This document shows, piece after piece, positions 26,682-36,730 of a stretch of DNA of 64,000 bases. The stretch is from contig JAHJYC010000002.1 in NCBI GenBank assembly GCA_018826905.1, forward strand, positions 14,786-78,785, read 5' to 3'. The DNA is from Patescibacteria group bacterium. GTDB taxonomy: Bacteria; Patescibacteriota; Minisyncoccia; Phycocordibacterales; Phycocordibacteraceae. The position numbers and the translations under genes are program-made. The notes beneath the pieces are model-generated. The model was not told the origin of the DNA. It was given only the letters and a program-made list of their open reading frames with translations, and searched no databases. Numbering within the stretch: position 1 is the stretch's first letter; every line of letters starts with the position of its first letter.

Positions 26682-27383
26682 ATGACCCACCATGCATATG
26701 TCTATGCAGGCCCAAAAGAAGAGGGAATAGAAGCCTCGTACGTCTTTTGCGAGCGAGAGCTTGGACTCACGCGTAGCGCTGGCTCAGATATAACTCTCTT
26801 TGATCACGAGCTTCTCTCCGTTGAAGAAGCGAGACGTATTGGCACCTTTGCTGCCCAGGCCCCTGTTCAAGGAGACAAGAAGGCAATTATTATTGCAGCA
26901 GGAAGACTTTTTCATGAGGCGCAGAATTCATTCTTGAAACTTTTTGAGGAGCCTCCTCAGGGAACAACTCTCATACTAGTTGTTCCTGCGTACGGAATGC
27001 TGGTGCCAACACTCCGTTCTCGCCTGATGCGCCTTGAAGGGGAGGTCGCCGTAGAGGCTGGGGTATCAGTTTTAGTAAATGAGTTTCTGAACGCCAGTAA
27101 GACTGAGAGAGAAAAGATCGTAACTCGCATTGTGAACGCAGCTAAGTCTGAGAAGGATACAGATAAGCAACGTGCACGACTTGAGGCAATTGCACTTGTG
27201 CATGGACTCACCACTTTCTTTTACGAAGCCCAGAAAAATCTCCAAGGAAAGGAAAAGGAAGACATCCAGATCCTTCTACAGGAGCTTGATACCTTTATGC
27301 CAATTCTGCATGAGCGTTCTCCCGCTCTTAAACTTATCTTTGAGCACCTCCTACTTGTTTTGCCGGAGAAAGTAGGGAAGTGA
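26682..27383 (+). CDS. holB: DNA polymerase III delta' subunit-like (clamp-loader AAA+ fold)
   Basis: HAYVYAGP, FLKLFEEPP and TLRSR (sensor) motifs; start moved to MTHHAYV (26682) from track ORF 26487. Confidence 0.7.
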   Translation: MTHHAYVYAGPKEEGIEASYVFCERELGLTRSAGSDITLFDHELLSVEEARRIGTFAAQAPVQGDKKAIIIAAGRLFHEAQNSFLKLFEEPPQGTTLILVVPAYGMLVPTLRSRLMRLEGEVAVEAGVSVLVNEFLNASKTEREKIVTRIVNAAKSEKDTDKQRARLEAIALVHGLTTFFYEAQKNLQGKEKEDIQILLQELDTFMPILHERSPALKLIFEHLLLVLPEKVGK

Positions 27384-27398
27384 TACACTGATGACTAT

Positions 27399-27953
27399 AT
27401 GGCATCATTTGATTTTTCTAAGTTAGACGCAAGCATTAAAGAGACTGAAGAGTGGCTCGTCCGCGAGCTTTCTAGCGTACGCACTGGGCGCGCAACCCCT
27501 TCTATTTTAGACACCGTAAAGCCAGAGGTGTATGGCTCTCGCCAAGCAGTGCACCAAGTTGCATCAGTCACTATTGAGGACGCACGTTCGTTGCGTATTG
27601 TGCCGTGGGACAAAACTCTCACAAAGAGCATTGAAAAGGCAATTACCGATGCTGATCTTGGAGTAGGTCTTGCGACAGATGACCAGGGACTTCGCGTTAC
27701 GTTCCCGGAACTTACGAGCGAGCGTCGCACCATGCTTCTTAAGGTTGCAGGGGAAAAGGTAGAGCAGGCCCGCATTACGCTTCGTGGACATCGCACGGAT
27801 GCAATTAAGGCAATTGATGCTGCTGAAAAAGAAGGTGGTATGGGTAAGGACGACGTTACTCGGTTCAAAGAGGAAGTACAGAAGAAAATAGACAAAGCAA
27901 ACGAGGCGCTAGATGCGCTCGGAAAGCGCAAGGAAGCTGAAGTCTCACAATAA
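27399..27953 (+). CDS. frr: Ribosome recycling factor
   Basis: Full-length RRF similarity incl. ...LRVTFPELTSERR... Confidence 0.9.
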   Translation: MASFDFSKLDASIKETEEWLVRELSSVRTGRATPSILDTVKPEVYGSRQAVHQVASVTIEDARSLRIVPWDKTLTKSIEKAITDADLGVGLATDDQGLRVTFPELTSERRTMLLKVAGEKVEQARITLRGHRTDAIKAIDAAEKEGGMGKDDVTRFKEEVQKKIDKANEALDALGKRKEAEVSQ

Positions 27954-29044
27954 TGACTATTGCCATTTTCGTCCTCGTGCTCGTTGCACTCATTGTTGTC
28001 CATGAGTTTGGGCATTTTGTTGCTGCAAAACTGTCTGGGATGCGGGTGGATGAGTTTGGTATTGGGTATCCGCCAAAGGCTCTGGGAAAGAAGATAGGGG
28101 AGACAGAGTACACGCTCAATTGGCTGCCGTTTGGTGGATTCGTTAAGATCTTTGGAGAAGATCCTGAGCCGGGTGCGGTGCGAGATCCAAGAGCATTCTC
28201 GTCTCGTCCTCGTATTTTGCAGGCACTTGTTCTTGTGGCGGGTATTGGTATGAACCTTCTCTTCGCGTACCTTCTTATCTCCATGACGCTTACTATGGGC
28301 ACCACTCGTGCACTTAGTTCTGAGGAGATTGCTTCAGCTCCAGATGCGCAACTTGCTGTGGCGAGCGTTCTTCCTGATTCGCCTGCAGCGAGGGGAGGAC
28401 TTGCGCAGGGAGATATCATTCTCTCAGCAAAGACAGCAGATGCTGAGTATAGAGGAGCAGACCCTGAAGTATTTACCTCACTTATAACTGAAGAGGGTGG
28501 CCCTGTTACCCTCTCTGTTTTGCGTGCTGATCAAACTGAACAGATTGTGGTGACGCCTGAGTCCGGTGTTATCGCCGGCCAGCCAGAGCGTCGTGCGCTC
28601 GGGGTCGGACTTGCGGCTATCGGAACAGTAACGGTCCCTCTTTGGGAAGCACCTGTACAAGGAGCAGTACTTACATGGGAACTCACAAAGCAGACGGCGA
28701 TAGCGCTCTTCCATTTCTTTGCTGCACTCTTTACCTTCAGTGCTGATCTTTCGCAGGTATCTGGCCCTGTTGGTATTGCGGGAGCTGTTGGAAACGCTTC
28801 ATCTAGCGGACTTGCCTCGCTCCTTGCTATTACGGCACTAATCTCAATTAACCTGGCGCTCATTAACTTGCTGCCGGTGCCAGCACTTGATGGAGGGAGG
28901 CTTCTCTTCGTTATTATTGAGGCTATAACACGGCGCCCCATACCTCCTATTGTTGCAAACGGTTTTAACACTGTTGGATTTGGTCTTCTTATTCTCCTTA
29001 TGCTTGTTGTTACGGCAAACGATATTTTTAGGATAGTGAGTTAG
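27953..29044 (+). CDS. rseP: RIP zinc metalloprotease RseP (site-2 protease, M50) with PDZ domain
   Basis: HEFGHF (HExxH) in TM1, PDZ region, NLLPVPALDGG (LDG motif). Confidence 0.9.
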   Translation: MTIAIFVLVLVALIVVHEFGHFVAAKLSGMRVDEFGIGYPPKALGKKIGETEYTLNWLPFGGFVKIFGEDPEPGAVRDPRAFSSRPRILQALVLVAGIGMNLLFAYLLISMTLTMGTTRALSSEEIASAPDAQLAVASVLPDSPAARGGLAQGDIILSAKTADAEYRGADPEVFTSLITEEGGPVTLSVLRADQTEQIVVTPESGVIAGQPERRALGVGLAAIGTVTVPLWEAPVQGAVLTWELTKQTAIALFHFFAALFTFSADLSQVSGPVGIAGAVGNASSSGLASLLAITALISINLALINLLPVPALDGGRLLFVIIEAITRRPIPPIVANGFNTVGFGLLILLMLVVTANDIFRIVS

Positions 29045-29046
29045 CC

Positions 29047-29652
29047 ATGAAGCAGCTTGTATTTATCCATGGAGGGGAAACCTTTGATACGTACGATGCA
29101 TATCTAGAAGCTCTGAAAGACTGGACGTACGAACCATTTAAAGAGTTCGGAGAGAGATGGAAGGCAACGCTTGGCGACAAGCTGGGAGAAGAGTGGGAAG
29201 TGTTCACTCCAACAATGCCGTCAAAGTACAATGCTAAATACATTGAGTGGTCTATTTGGTTTGAAAAGGTACTTCCGTATCTAAATGATGGTGTGTCGTT
29301 TGTTGGGCACTCCTTAGGAGGAATTTTCCTAGCGAAGTATCTAAGCGAACACACGCTTCCCGTTTCTGTTCATACTGTATGGCTCATTGCAGCACCCTTT
29401 GATGCAGATGATTCAGAGTACTCACTTGCAGACTTCGTTCTGCCAGAGTCTCTTGAGCTGTTTTCAAAACAGGTACAGCACATATTTGTGTATCACAGCG
29501 AAGACGATCCCATCGTTCCATTCTCTGCACTACAGAAATATACAGACAAATTGCCAGGGGCCATAGCAAGAGTATTTTCAGACAGAGGGCATTTTTTGCA
29601 GCCGGAGTTTCCAGAACTTATAGAAAGTATAAAAGAAACACCGCCTTCCTAG
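29047..29652 (+). CDS. Alpha/beta-fold serine hydrolase (RBBP9/YdeN-like)
   Basis: VFIHGG...; nucleophile elbow FVGHSLGG; Asp/His downstream. Confidence 0.7.
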   Translation: MKQLVFIHGGETFDTYDAYLEALKDWTYEPFKEFGERWKATLGDKLGEEWEVFTPTMPSKYNAKYIEWSIWFEKVLPYLNDGVSFVGHSLGGIFLAKYLSEHTLPVSVHTVWLIAAPFDADDSEYSLADFVLPESLELFSKQVQHIFVYHSEDDPIVPFSALQKYTDKLPGAIARVFSDRGHFLQPEFPELIESIKETPPS

Positions 29653-30248
29653 GAAAGCGGTTGAATGCCGAGACGATGCAGGATACGTCTGGCAGTGTGT
29701 TCTGGGCTCACGTTGTTCCGCACGAACTGGAAGCAGACGGGACTGTTTCTGGCCTCCTGGTACCAGCTCTTTTCTTCAAAGAGTCGTTCCGGAGTGCGTC
29801 GGTCCTTGTACAAAAGACCAGTTGACCATCTGCGGCGCATCAGGCTCTCGTGTGCTGACAGAACATAGAAGGGCATATACCACACCGGCCCTCCTTTCAT
29901 TGACTCAGCAGCTTCCTGCAGCTGCTCTGCAACACTCGGAACGATAGAAGTAAGGCCGATAACGAGTTCGTCTCTCCCGTTGGCGAGCGCGAACTCAAGC
30001 GAGTCTATACTCATGCCGTAGTCGTTACCTGCGTAGCGCGTGCTCCACAAGAACGACCCGCGCGTTTTCATGGCTTCGTACGCAGCCTTCGTGTGCGACC
30101 AACTCACGTTCCGTACGTCGCTGTGGCGGATGCTCTTGGTGGTTTCTCCCCGAGCGAAGCGCGTGACTCCAGTGAGCCGTTGCAGTTCGCAGAGGATTTC
30201 ATCCTTCTGTGTCCCGGTGCGACCCGAGAGCGAAATCAAAAGTCTCAT
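29649..30248 (-). CDS. Hypothetical P-loop-like kinase fold protein (degenerate Walker A)
   Basis: Start at MRLLISLSGRTGTQKDEI preceded by ggagagggaga RBS; Walker-A-like GRTGTQKD lacks canonical GK[ST]. Confidence 0.45.
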   Translation of the reverse strand: MRLLISLSGRTGTQKDEILCELQRLTGVTRFARGETTKSIRHSDVRNVSWSHTKAAYEAMKTRGSFLWSTRYAGNDYGMSIDSLEFALANGRDELVIGLTSIVPSVAEQLQEAAESMKGGPVWYMPFYVLSAHESLMRRRWSTGLLYKDRRTPERLFEEKSWYQEARNSPVCFQFVRNNVSPEHTARRILHRLGIQPLS

Positions 30249-30347
30249 GATGGTTCTCCCTCTCCAAATAGACCCTACACCCTGAGGATATATCGTCAAA
30301 GAATAGCTTTTGCTCTCACGTACGGAGAGTCGTATACTGGAGGAACT

Positions 30348-31592
30348 ATGCGTCAGTCCAGCCTATTTACGAAGACTCGTCGGGAAGCTCCTAAGGATGA
30401 GCTCGCCAAGAACGCACAACTCCTCATTCGTGCTGGATATGTACACAAAGAGATGGCTGGAGTGTATGCGTACCTCCCGCTTGGCCTCAAGGTGGTGGAG
30501 CGTATTAAAGCTATTGTCAGGGAAGAGATGGAAGCTATTGGAGGGAACGAGCTTCTCATGACAAGTCTTCAGAGCAAAGAGTTGTGGGAGAAGACTGATC
30601 GTTGGGACGATAAGAATGTGGACGTATGGTTTAAGTCTGTTCTTAAGAACGGGTCTGAAGTTGGGTTCGGCTGGTCTCATGAAGAGCCGATAACTGAGCT
30701 CATGACAGAGTATCTTGCGAGTTATCGCGATCTTCCTGCATATGTCTACCAATTTCAGACAAAGTTGCGTAACGAACTACGCGCCAAGTCAGGAATCATG
30801 CGAGGAAGGGAGTTTGTTATGAAGGACATGTATTCCTACACTACCGATGAGGAAGCACATCTAAAGTTTTATAACGCAGCTATTCAGGCATACCACAATG
30901 TCTTCATGCATGTTGGTCTTGGGGAGCTGACCTACCTGACGTTTGCATCAGGAGGTGCATTTACACAGTTCAGTCATGAATTCCAGACGGTCTCAGAAGC
31001 TGGCGAGGATACTATTTACGTACACAAGAAGAAGAGACTTGCGGTGAACAAGGAGGTACTCACTCCAGAGGTACTTGAGAAGCTTGATGTTAAGAGAGAG
31101 GAACTTGTAGAAGAGAAAGCTATTGAAGTAGGAAACATTTTTAGTTTCGGGTCCATAAAGTCTGAACAGCTTGGACTTAAGTACAAAGATGAAGAGGGGA
31201 CAGAAAAGCCAGTTATCCTGGGTTCCTATGGTATCGGCATCACTCGCCTCATGGGTACTATCGTTGAGTCCTTTGCAGACGAGAAGGGAATTGTCTGGCC
31301 AGAGGCAGTTGCTCCTTTTGCCTATCATCTTGTCTCACTTGCTGGAAACAATGGAGACGTTGCCGCGTATGCAGAGAGTCTCTATGAAGAGCTTACAGAC
31401 GCAGGGAAGTCGGTTCTCTATGATGATCGTGACGTACGTGCAGGAGAGAAGTTTGCAGACTCAGATCTTATGGGGCTGCCGTGGCGCATTGTTGTTGGGA
31501 AAGACACTCTCTCTAGCGGACAGTTGGAACTCGTACATAGGAAGACAGGAGAAACCACACACCTTACTCGTTCTGAATTGCTCGCACGTTAA
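30348..31592 (+). CDS. proS: Prolyl-tRNA synthetase, short form lacking editing insertion
   Basis: Class II motifs (FRNE-like RNELRAKSGIMRGREFVMKD; GSYGIG), anticodon-binding domain; start ATG 30348 with ggagg RBS (track ORF 30093 over-extended). Confidence 0.9.
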   Translation: MRQSSLFTKTRREAPKDELAKNAQLLIRAGYVHKEMAGVYAYLPLGLKVVERIKAIVREEMEAIGGNELLMTSLQSKELWEKTDRWDDKNVDVWFKSVLKNGSEVGFGWSHEEPITELMTEYLASYRDLPAYVYQFQTKLRNELRAKSGIMRGREFVMKDMYSYTTDEEAHLKFYNAAIQAYHNVFMHVGLGELTYLTFASGGAFTQFSHEFQTVSEAGEDTIYVHKKKRLAVNKEVLTPEVLEKLDVKREELVEEKAIEVGNIFSFGSIKSEQLGLKYKDEEGTEKPVILGSYGIGITRLMGTIVESFADEKGIVWPEAVAPFAYHLVSLAGNNGDVAAYAESLYEELTDAGKSVLYDDRDVRAGEKFADSDLMGLPWRIVVGKDTLSSGQLELVHRKTGETTHLTRSELLAR

Positions 31593-31594
31593 GT

Positions 31595-32650
31595 ATGGCT
31601 AAGAAATTTTCAAAGAACTCTTTGTTCTCAACTGATATTGGTATTGATCTGGGGACAGGAAACACGCTCGTATACGTGCGTGGGCGAGGGATTGTTATTG
31701 CAGAGCCGTCTGTTGTTACGGTGAACGAAAAGACCGGGCAGATGGTAGCTGTAGGACAAAATGCAAAGATGATGCTTGGGAAAACACCTCCGCACATTCG
31801 TGCAGTTCGTCCGCTTTCTCATGGTGTTATTTCAGACTTTGAAGTAACGGAAGAGTTGCTTGCGTACTTTATTAACAAAGCACAAGGGGGACGCTCTCGT
31901 TTGTTTGGTCCCCGTGTTGTTGTTGGTGTTCCTACGGGTGTTACTAACGTAGAGAGTCGTGCAGTGAGAGACGCTGCGCTCACTGCTGGTGCTCGTGAGG
32001 TGTATATCCTAGAAGAGCCTATGGCAGGTGCTATTGGTGCAAAGCTTCCTGTTATGGAGGCGCTTGGCACCATGGTGCTTGATATTGGAGCAGGAACAAC
32101 TGACATAGCGGTTATCGCGCTCGGAGGTACCGTTGCTTCAAAAAGTTCTCAGGTAGCGGGAGACCGCTTTAATGACAACATCATTGACTACGTACGAAGC
32201 GAATTCCAGCTCGCTATTGGAGAGAAGACTGCAGAGGATACAAAGATTGCCATAGGGGCAGTGCTCCCGCTTGAGACTGGTCTTGAAAGGGCGATTCGTG
32301 GACGTGATCTTGCAACAGGTCTTCCAAGAGAGATTATTCTCACGGATGCGCATGTGCGAGAAGCGCTCGCTCCTTCAATGGACTCGCTTATGGAAGCGAT
32401 GAAAGATGTTATTGAACACACACCTCCCGAGCTTCTCTCAGACGTACTTGAGCGCGGAGTTACTGTTTTTGGTGGAGGAGCTTTAGTCCGTGGACTTCCT
32501 GAGCTACTAGCTAAAATGCTCGGTGTTCCCGTACATGTTGCAAGCGATCCCCTTACTGCTGTAGTTCGTGGTACGGGTATAGTAACTGAAGACCCTCGTC
32601 CGTGGGCGGACGCATTTATGCATGAAGACGCAATTCTCCCGAAGACGTAA
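31595..32650 (+). CDS. mreB: Rod shape-determining protein MreB (in mreBCD-mrdA cluster)
   Basis: IGIDLGTGNT...DIGAGTTD...VFGGGALVRGL. Confidence 0.9.
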   Translation: MAKKFSKNSLFSTDIGIDLGTGNTLVYVRGRGIVIAEPSVVTVNEKTGQMVAVGQNAKMMLGKTPPHIRAVRPLSHGVISDFEVTEELLAYFINKAQGGRSRLFGPRVVVGVPTGVTNVESRAVRDAALTAGAREVYILEEPMAGAIGAKLPVMEALGTMVLDIGAGTTDIAVIALGGTVASKSSQVAGDRFNDNIIDYVRSEFQLAIGEKTAEDTKIAIGAVLPLETGLERAIRGRDLATGLPREIILTDAHVREALAPSMDSLMEAMKDVIEHTPPELLSDVLERGVTVFGGGALVRGLPELLAKMLGVPVHVASDPLTAVVRGTGIVTEDPRPWADAFMHEDAILPKT

Positions 32651-33407
32651 TTTTGTTATTGGCAGGTCCTGGATGGGACCACTGTCTCTCTCTTTGATTG
32701 GCATTGCTATGCTGTTTTTTATAGTGCGGGTTTTTGCTCCAGGAGTTATTGCGTTCGTTGCCACTCCTCTTTGGAGTGTGGGGACCACGCTCTCGGCGTC
32801 TGCCTATACTGCTGGATCTTTCTTTGGGAATCCCGCAGCACTTACAAAGGAGCGAGACCAGCTCCTTAGCGAGAACGCAGCGCTTCGTACTGAGCAACTG
32901 GGTCTGTATGCACAGGTACAGGATCTAACAAAGCTCATCGGAACACGTACAGAGCCAGGAGAGGGAATCCTGGCACAGGTGGTAGTGCGTCCTCCTGTTT
33001 CCCCGTACGACACATTTGTCCTTGATCAGGGAAGTGATGTCGGAGTACAGCCTGAGATGCGTGTCTTTGGTCCAGGAGGAGTGCCTTTAGGAACAGTTGA
33101 GAGTGTTACCGGTTCTTCTGCACGAGTACTGCTGTATTCAGCACCAGGACGAGAAACTGAGAGTTGGGTAGGGGAGGAGCGTCTCGCTCTTTCACTAATA
33201 GGAAAAGGGAGCGGTGCCTTTACTGCAACAGCTGCACGTGAGGCGGGGGTGAAGGAAGGAGATTTTGTATACACTGCTGGACCTTCTTTTGCACCCATTG
33301 GGGTAGTGGTATCTGTTCAGAATGATCCTTCTTTGCCTCGTGCAGGGGTTGGTATTCGGCCTTACTTTAATCCATTCTCAACTCCTTGGGTAACGATTGA
33401 GCCATGA
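32622..33407 (+). CDS. mreC: Rod shape-determining protein MreC
   Basis: TM anchor, coiled-coil (LTKERDQLLSENAALRTE), beta-rich C-terminal domain; alternative start 32673. Confidence 0.75.
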   Translation: MKTQFSRRRNFVIGRSWMGPLSLSLIGIAMLFFIVRVFAPGVIAFVATPLWSVGTTLSASAYTAGSFFGNPAALTKERDQLLSENAALRTEQLGLYAQVQDLTKLIGTRTEPGEGILAQVVVRPPVSPYDTFVLDQGSDVGVQPEMRVFGPGGVPLGTVESVTGSSARVLLYSAPGRETESWVGEERLALSLIGKGSGAFTATAAREAGVKEGDFVYTAGPSFAPIGVVVSVQNDPSLPRAGVGIRPYFNPFSTPWVTIEP

Positions 33408-33652
33408 TTCGTATACTTGTTTTGCTGGCAACATTGTTCTCTCTCTTTTTCTTTCCGTACGTAGTCTCTGTAGTACTTATTCTCGTCTCTGCACTCACGC
33501 TCCCTTTTTCAGGTATTGCCTTTGGTATCCTTGCTGACGCGCTGTACTACTCTCAAGGTTCAGGAATTCCTTGGTGGACTATTGTAGGGGCAGGAGCGAC
33601 CCTTTTGGCACTCCTCGTGCATCGTTTCGTGAAGACGCGTATCATAGAGTAA
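33404..33652 (+). CDS. mreD: Probable MreD (short, 2-3 TM)
   Basis: 82-aa membrane protein in canonical position, overlapping mreC (ATGA) and mrdA (TAATG). Confidence 0.5.
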   Translation: MIRILVLLATLFSLFFFPYVVSVVLILVSALTLPFSGIAFGILADALYYSQGSGIPWWTIVGAGATLLALLVHRFVKTRIIE

Positions 33653-35325
33653 TGCTATTTGGGAGACGAAGAAAACGGCGTAGGGAGCGAGAACTTGATC
33701 CAGATGAGATTTTTCTGGACTCGTCTAACCTATCGGATTTTGATACTGGCCAGCTAGAGGGGCGTCTAGAAAAGCCCATTGAACGAAACACCTTTGCAGG
33801 AATAGGGGTGGTTGCACTGATTATTGGAACAGCACTTGTAGCACAGGCAGCGAATCTCCAGATGATTCAAGGAGAACGCTACTCAGCACAAAGCGAGCGG
33901 AACCGCCTCCGCCCGCAAGTATTATTTGCTGAGCGTGGCGCTATTGTGGACAGGAATGGATTTGCTCTTGTCTATAACGAAGCAGGAGACGACGGATTTG
34001 TAACGCGTAAGTATGAGTCTCCAGGATTTGCACACTTGCTTGGATACGTCTCATACCCAAGACGAGATTCTTCGGGCAAGTTTTATGATACAGAAATAAC
34101 TGGGCTAAGTGGTGTTGAGTCTGCAATGAATGATGTGCTGTCTGGAAAGAATGGAACTCTTCTTGTTGAGGAGGATGCGCTTGGAAAAATTCAGTCTTCA
34201 GGAACGGTGAAGCCAGCAGAAAAGGGACAGACGGTAACACTCTCCATAGACGCGAGAGCACAGCGCGCGTTTGCTCGTTCAGTTAAATCGCTCGCAGACA
34301 GTGTTCCTTTTAAGGGCGGGTCTGCAATTTTGATGGACGTAAACACGGGAGAGGTCCACGCACTTGTCTCGTATCCTGAATATGACTCCAATGTTCTTTC
34401 TTCAGGAGGACCGAGCGAGGTTATTGCGGGATATCAAAAGGATACACGGCAGGTGTATTTGGATAGAGCAGTTTCAGGATTGTACACACCCGGATCAATC
34501 GTAAAGCCGATGGAGATAGCAGGTGCACTAACAGATGGGATCGTAACTCCTGAGACAGTTATTGTTTCAAATGGATTTATTTCAATTCCAAACGCGTATG
34601 ATCCGTCACGTCCTACAATCTTTAAGGATTGGAAGATACTGGGGCCAATGAACGCACGAAGTGCAGTTGCATGGTCTTCTGATGTGTACTTCTACACGAT
34701 TGGGGGCGGGTTCAACGGTATTAGGGGTCTTGGCATTGAGCGACTTAAGTATTGGTACGACCTGTTTGGATTTACCTCAAAGACAGGCATAGAGCTTGAA
34801 GGAGAAGCAGAAGGTTTTGTTCCTACTCCTGCGTGGAAGGAAGAGCGGTATGGAGATCCGTGGCGTGTAGGAGACACGTACAACACTGCTATTGGGCAGT
34901 ACGCGATGCAGGTAACTCCTCTGGGGGCTGCGAGGGCTGTTGCTGCTGTTGCAAACGGAGGGAAGCTAGTGCGCCCAACCTTGGTGAAGGATGCTCCCCT
35001 ACAAGGAAAAAGTATTCCCGTAGACCAAGCAGCACTACAAGTTGCGCAAGAGGGAATGCGCCTTGGAGCAACTGAAGGAACTTCTAAGGGATTGTCTGAT
35101 CTTTCCTTTGTTAAAGTCGCAGGAAAGACAGGAACAGCACAGCTTGGAGTGAACAACGAATTCCATAGTTCGTGGGCAGTAGGGTACTTCCCTTATGACA
35201 ATCCAAAGTATGCGTACGTTGTCGTTATGGAGCGAGGACCTGCTGCAAACCTTGTGGGTGGTATCTATGTTACGTATCACGCACTAAGAGAGCTGTATCA
35301 GACTGCTCCAGAATATTTTGAATAG
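33652..35325 (+). CDS. mrdA: Penicillin-binding protein 2 (elongasome transpeptidase)
   Basis: SxxK (GSIVKP), SxN (SSDVY), KTG (KTGTAQ) motifs; N-terminal TM; start ATG 33652. Confidence 0.9.
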   Translation: MLFGRRRKRRRERELDPDEIFLDSSNLSDFDTGQLEGRLEKPIERNTFAGIGVVALIIGTALVAQAANLQMIQGERYSAQSERNRLRPQVLFAERGAIVDRNGFALVYNEAGDDGFVTRKYESPGFAHLLGYVSYPRRDSSGKFYDTEITGLSGVESAMNDVLSGKNGTLLVEEDALGKIQSSGTVKPAEKGQTVTLSIDARAQRAFARSVKSLADSVPFKGGSAILMDVNTGEVHALVSYPEYDSNVLSSGGPSEVIAGYQKDTRQVYLDRAVSGLYTPGSIVKPMEIAGALTDGIVTPETVIVSNGFISIPNAYDPSRPTIFKDWKILGPMNARSAVAWSSDVYFYTIGGGFNGIRGLGIERLKYWYDLFGFTSKTGIELEGEAEGFVPTPAWKEERYGDPWRVGDTYNTAIGQYAMQVTPLGAARAVAAVANGGKLVRPTLVKDAPLQGKSIPVDQAALQVAQEGMRLGATEGTSKGLSDLSFVKVAGKTGTAQLGVNNEFHSSWAVGYFPYDNPKYAYVVVMERGPAANLVGGIYVTYHALRELYQTAPEYFE

Positions 35326-35393
35326 AGCATGATTTGACGGCTCAGAAGGAGCCCGTAGAATACAGGTACACACACTCATCATTCACTACATAC

Positions 35394-35864
35394 ATGACCG
35401 ATCAGGAAACCGTTGTTAGCCAAGAGAAGTTTGACGAAATGCTTAAGGAGCTAGAAACCCTTAAGACCGTACGACGTACAGAGATTGCAGAGAATCTGGA
35501 ATACGCCCGCTCTCTTGGAGATCTGTCAGAGAATGCTGAATACCAGGAAGCGCGAGAGTTGCAGGCTGCAACTGAGGAGCGTATCCGCAAGCTAGAGGAG
35601 CTCGTGAAGAAGGCGAAGATTGTTACTGATGGAAAGAAGAAAGATGTTGTTGGTTTTACTTCAACAGTAACAATCAAGAAAGAGGGAAGTACAGAAGCAC
35701 ACGAGTACACTATTGTAGGAAGTGAAGAAGCAGATATGCGTGTCCATAAACTTTCACACGTCTCTCCACTCGGAGCGGCGCTCATGGGGAAGAAAAAAGG
35801 AGACAGCTTTACTTTTGAAACTCCAAACGGAAAGCAAACCTACACGATTGAGAAGGTAGCGTAA
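35394..35864 (+). CDS. greA: Transcription elongation factor GreA
   Basis: Coiled-coil N-domain with SLGDLSENAEYQEARE, FKBP-like C-domain. Confidence 0.85.
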   Translation: MTDQETVVSQEKFDEMLKELETLKTVRRTEIAENLEYARSLGDLSENAEYQEARELQAATEERIRKLEELVKKAKIVTDGKKKDVVGFTSTVTIKKEGSTEAHEYTIVGSEEADMRVHKLSHVSPLGAALMGKKKGDSFTFETPNGKQTYTIEKVA

Positions 35865-35865
35865 G

Positions 35866-35900
35866 AAAAAAGGCGGTCCCGAAGGATCGCCTTTTGCTTT
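35866..35900. terminator. Rho-independent terminator
   Basis: aggcggtccc-gaa-ggatcgcct + ttttgcttt. Confidence 0.7.
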
Positions 35901-35904
35901 ATCT

Positions 35905-36354
35905 TCATCCAGCGTGCACCATTCCGGCACAAACGCTTGAGGAGAAGTAGCCAGAATGTCTTCCCTTGCGCACTCGCTTTCTGCGAGCGGCTGGAATACT
36001 CAGATACCCCCTGATGGCGTCTTCAAGCCCAGGCAGATCCCTGGCCGAATAGCACCCATTGCTATCCAGTCGAGCAGGATTGATCAGTGTGAGCGAGCGA
36101 GCCTTCAGCGCGAATCCCGGCAGGATGAATCCACGCTTTTCTGCGTGAACTACACGCTCCTCCAGGTTATCCGGCAGGTTCTTCAAGTACCTGCCAGTAT
36201 GTCTTCCGGTCTGCACCAGGAGAAGGAGGCGAGAGTCAGAAGGCCATTGTTCCGGCATTCTTGCCAGGTGTGTGTGAACACCAAAACGGAGAAGGATTGT
36301 GGCAATCTGCAGCGAAGCTTGCTGGTCCGAAAAAACAGTAACAGACGCAACCAT
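35905..36354 (-). CDS. Hypothetical protein
   Basis: Start at MVASVTVF with cctggagg RBS; no family recognised (weak HxTx-like motifs noted, not convincing). Confidence 0.4.
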   Translation of the reverse strand: MVASVTVFSDQQASLQIATILLRFGVHTHLARMPEQWPSDSRLLLLVQTGRHTGRYLKNLPDNLEERVVHAEKRGFILPGFALKARSLTLINPARLDSNGCYSARDLPGLEDAIRGYLSIPAARRKRVRKGRHSGYFSSSVCAGMVHAG

Positions 36355-36642
36355 GGTAGCTATCCTCCAGGAATAGTGAGACGTAGGCAGTGTCTCAGGT
36401 GAAAAGAGCAGTATTCGTCGCCTAAACGAAAACGAGCCCCCAGACTTTTGGTCGGGGGCTCGTTTCAACTTTCTTCTTTAAATCTTCTGAGGAGAAAGCT
36501 CAAGCGAAACCCCGACCTTTGTAAAAAGGCCGAGGACGTAGACGGTAATAATCTGCTGAATCGCTTGATGCATGTAGAGGAAGGATAGTCTCAAAGTGAG
36601 AACGTGTCAAAGGCTTGTTATGCACAGTTATCTGAAGGAAAC

Positions 36643-36698
36643 GTGAGGGATGTGGGGCAAAGTGTCATATACTTAGCTATTAGTGGGATGAAGTGGGA
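36643..36698 (+). promoter_or_regulatory. Putative MraZ operator: direct GTGRG/TGGGR repeats with ~10-nt period upstream of mraZ
   Basis: GTGAGGG(36643) GTGGGGC(36652) ... GTGGGAT(36683) GTGGGAA(36693), 33-88 nt upstream of mraZ ATG. Confidence 0.4.
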
Positions 36699-36730
36699 AT
36701 ACTCATCTTTCTCCTACGCCACTACTTTCT

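Noticed and set aside
35905-36354. Possible 2H phosphoesterase (LigT/ThpR-like) assignment for the 150-aa minus-strand protein based on HTHL / HTGR tetrapeptides
   Set aside because: The tetrapeptides do not satisfy the Hx[TS]x pattern in register, and the surrounding sequence does not match. It is left as hypothetical.
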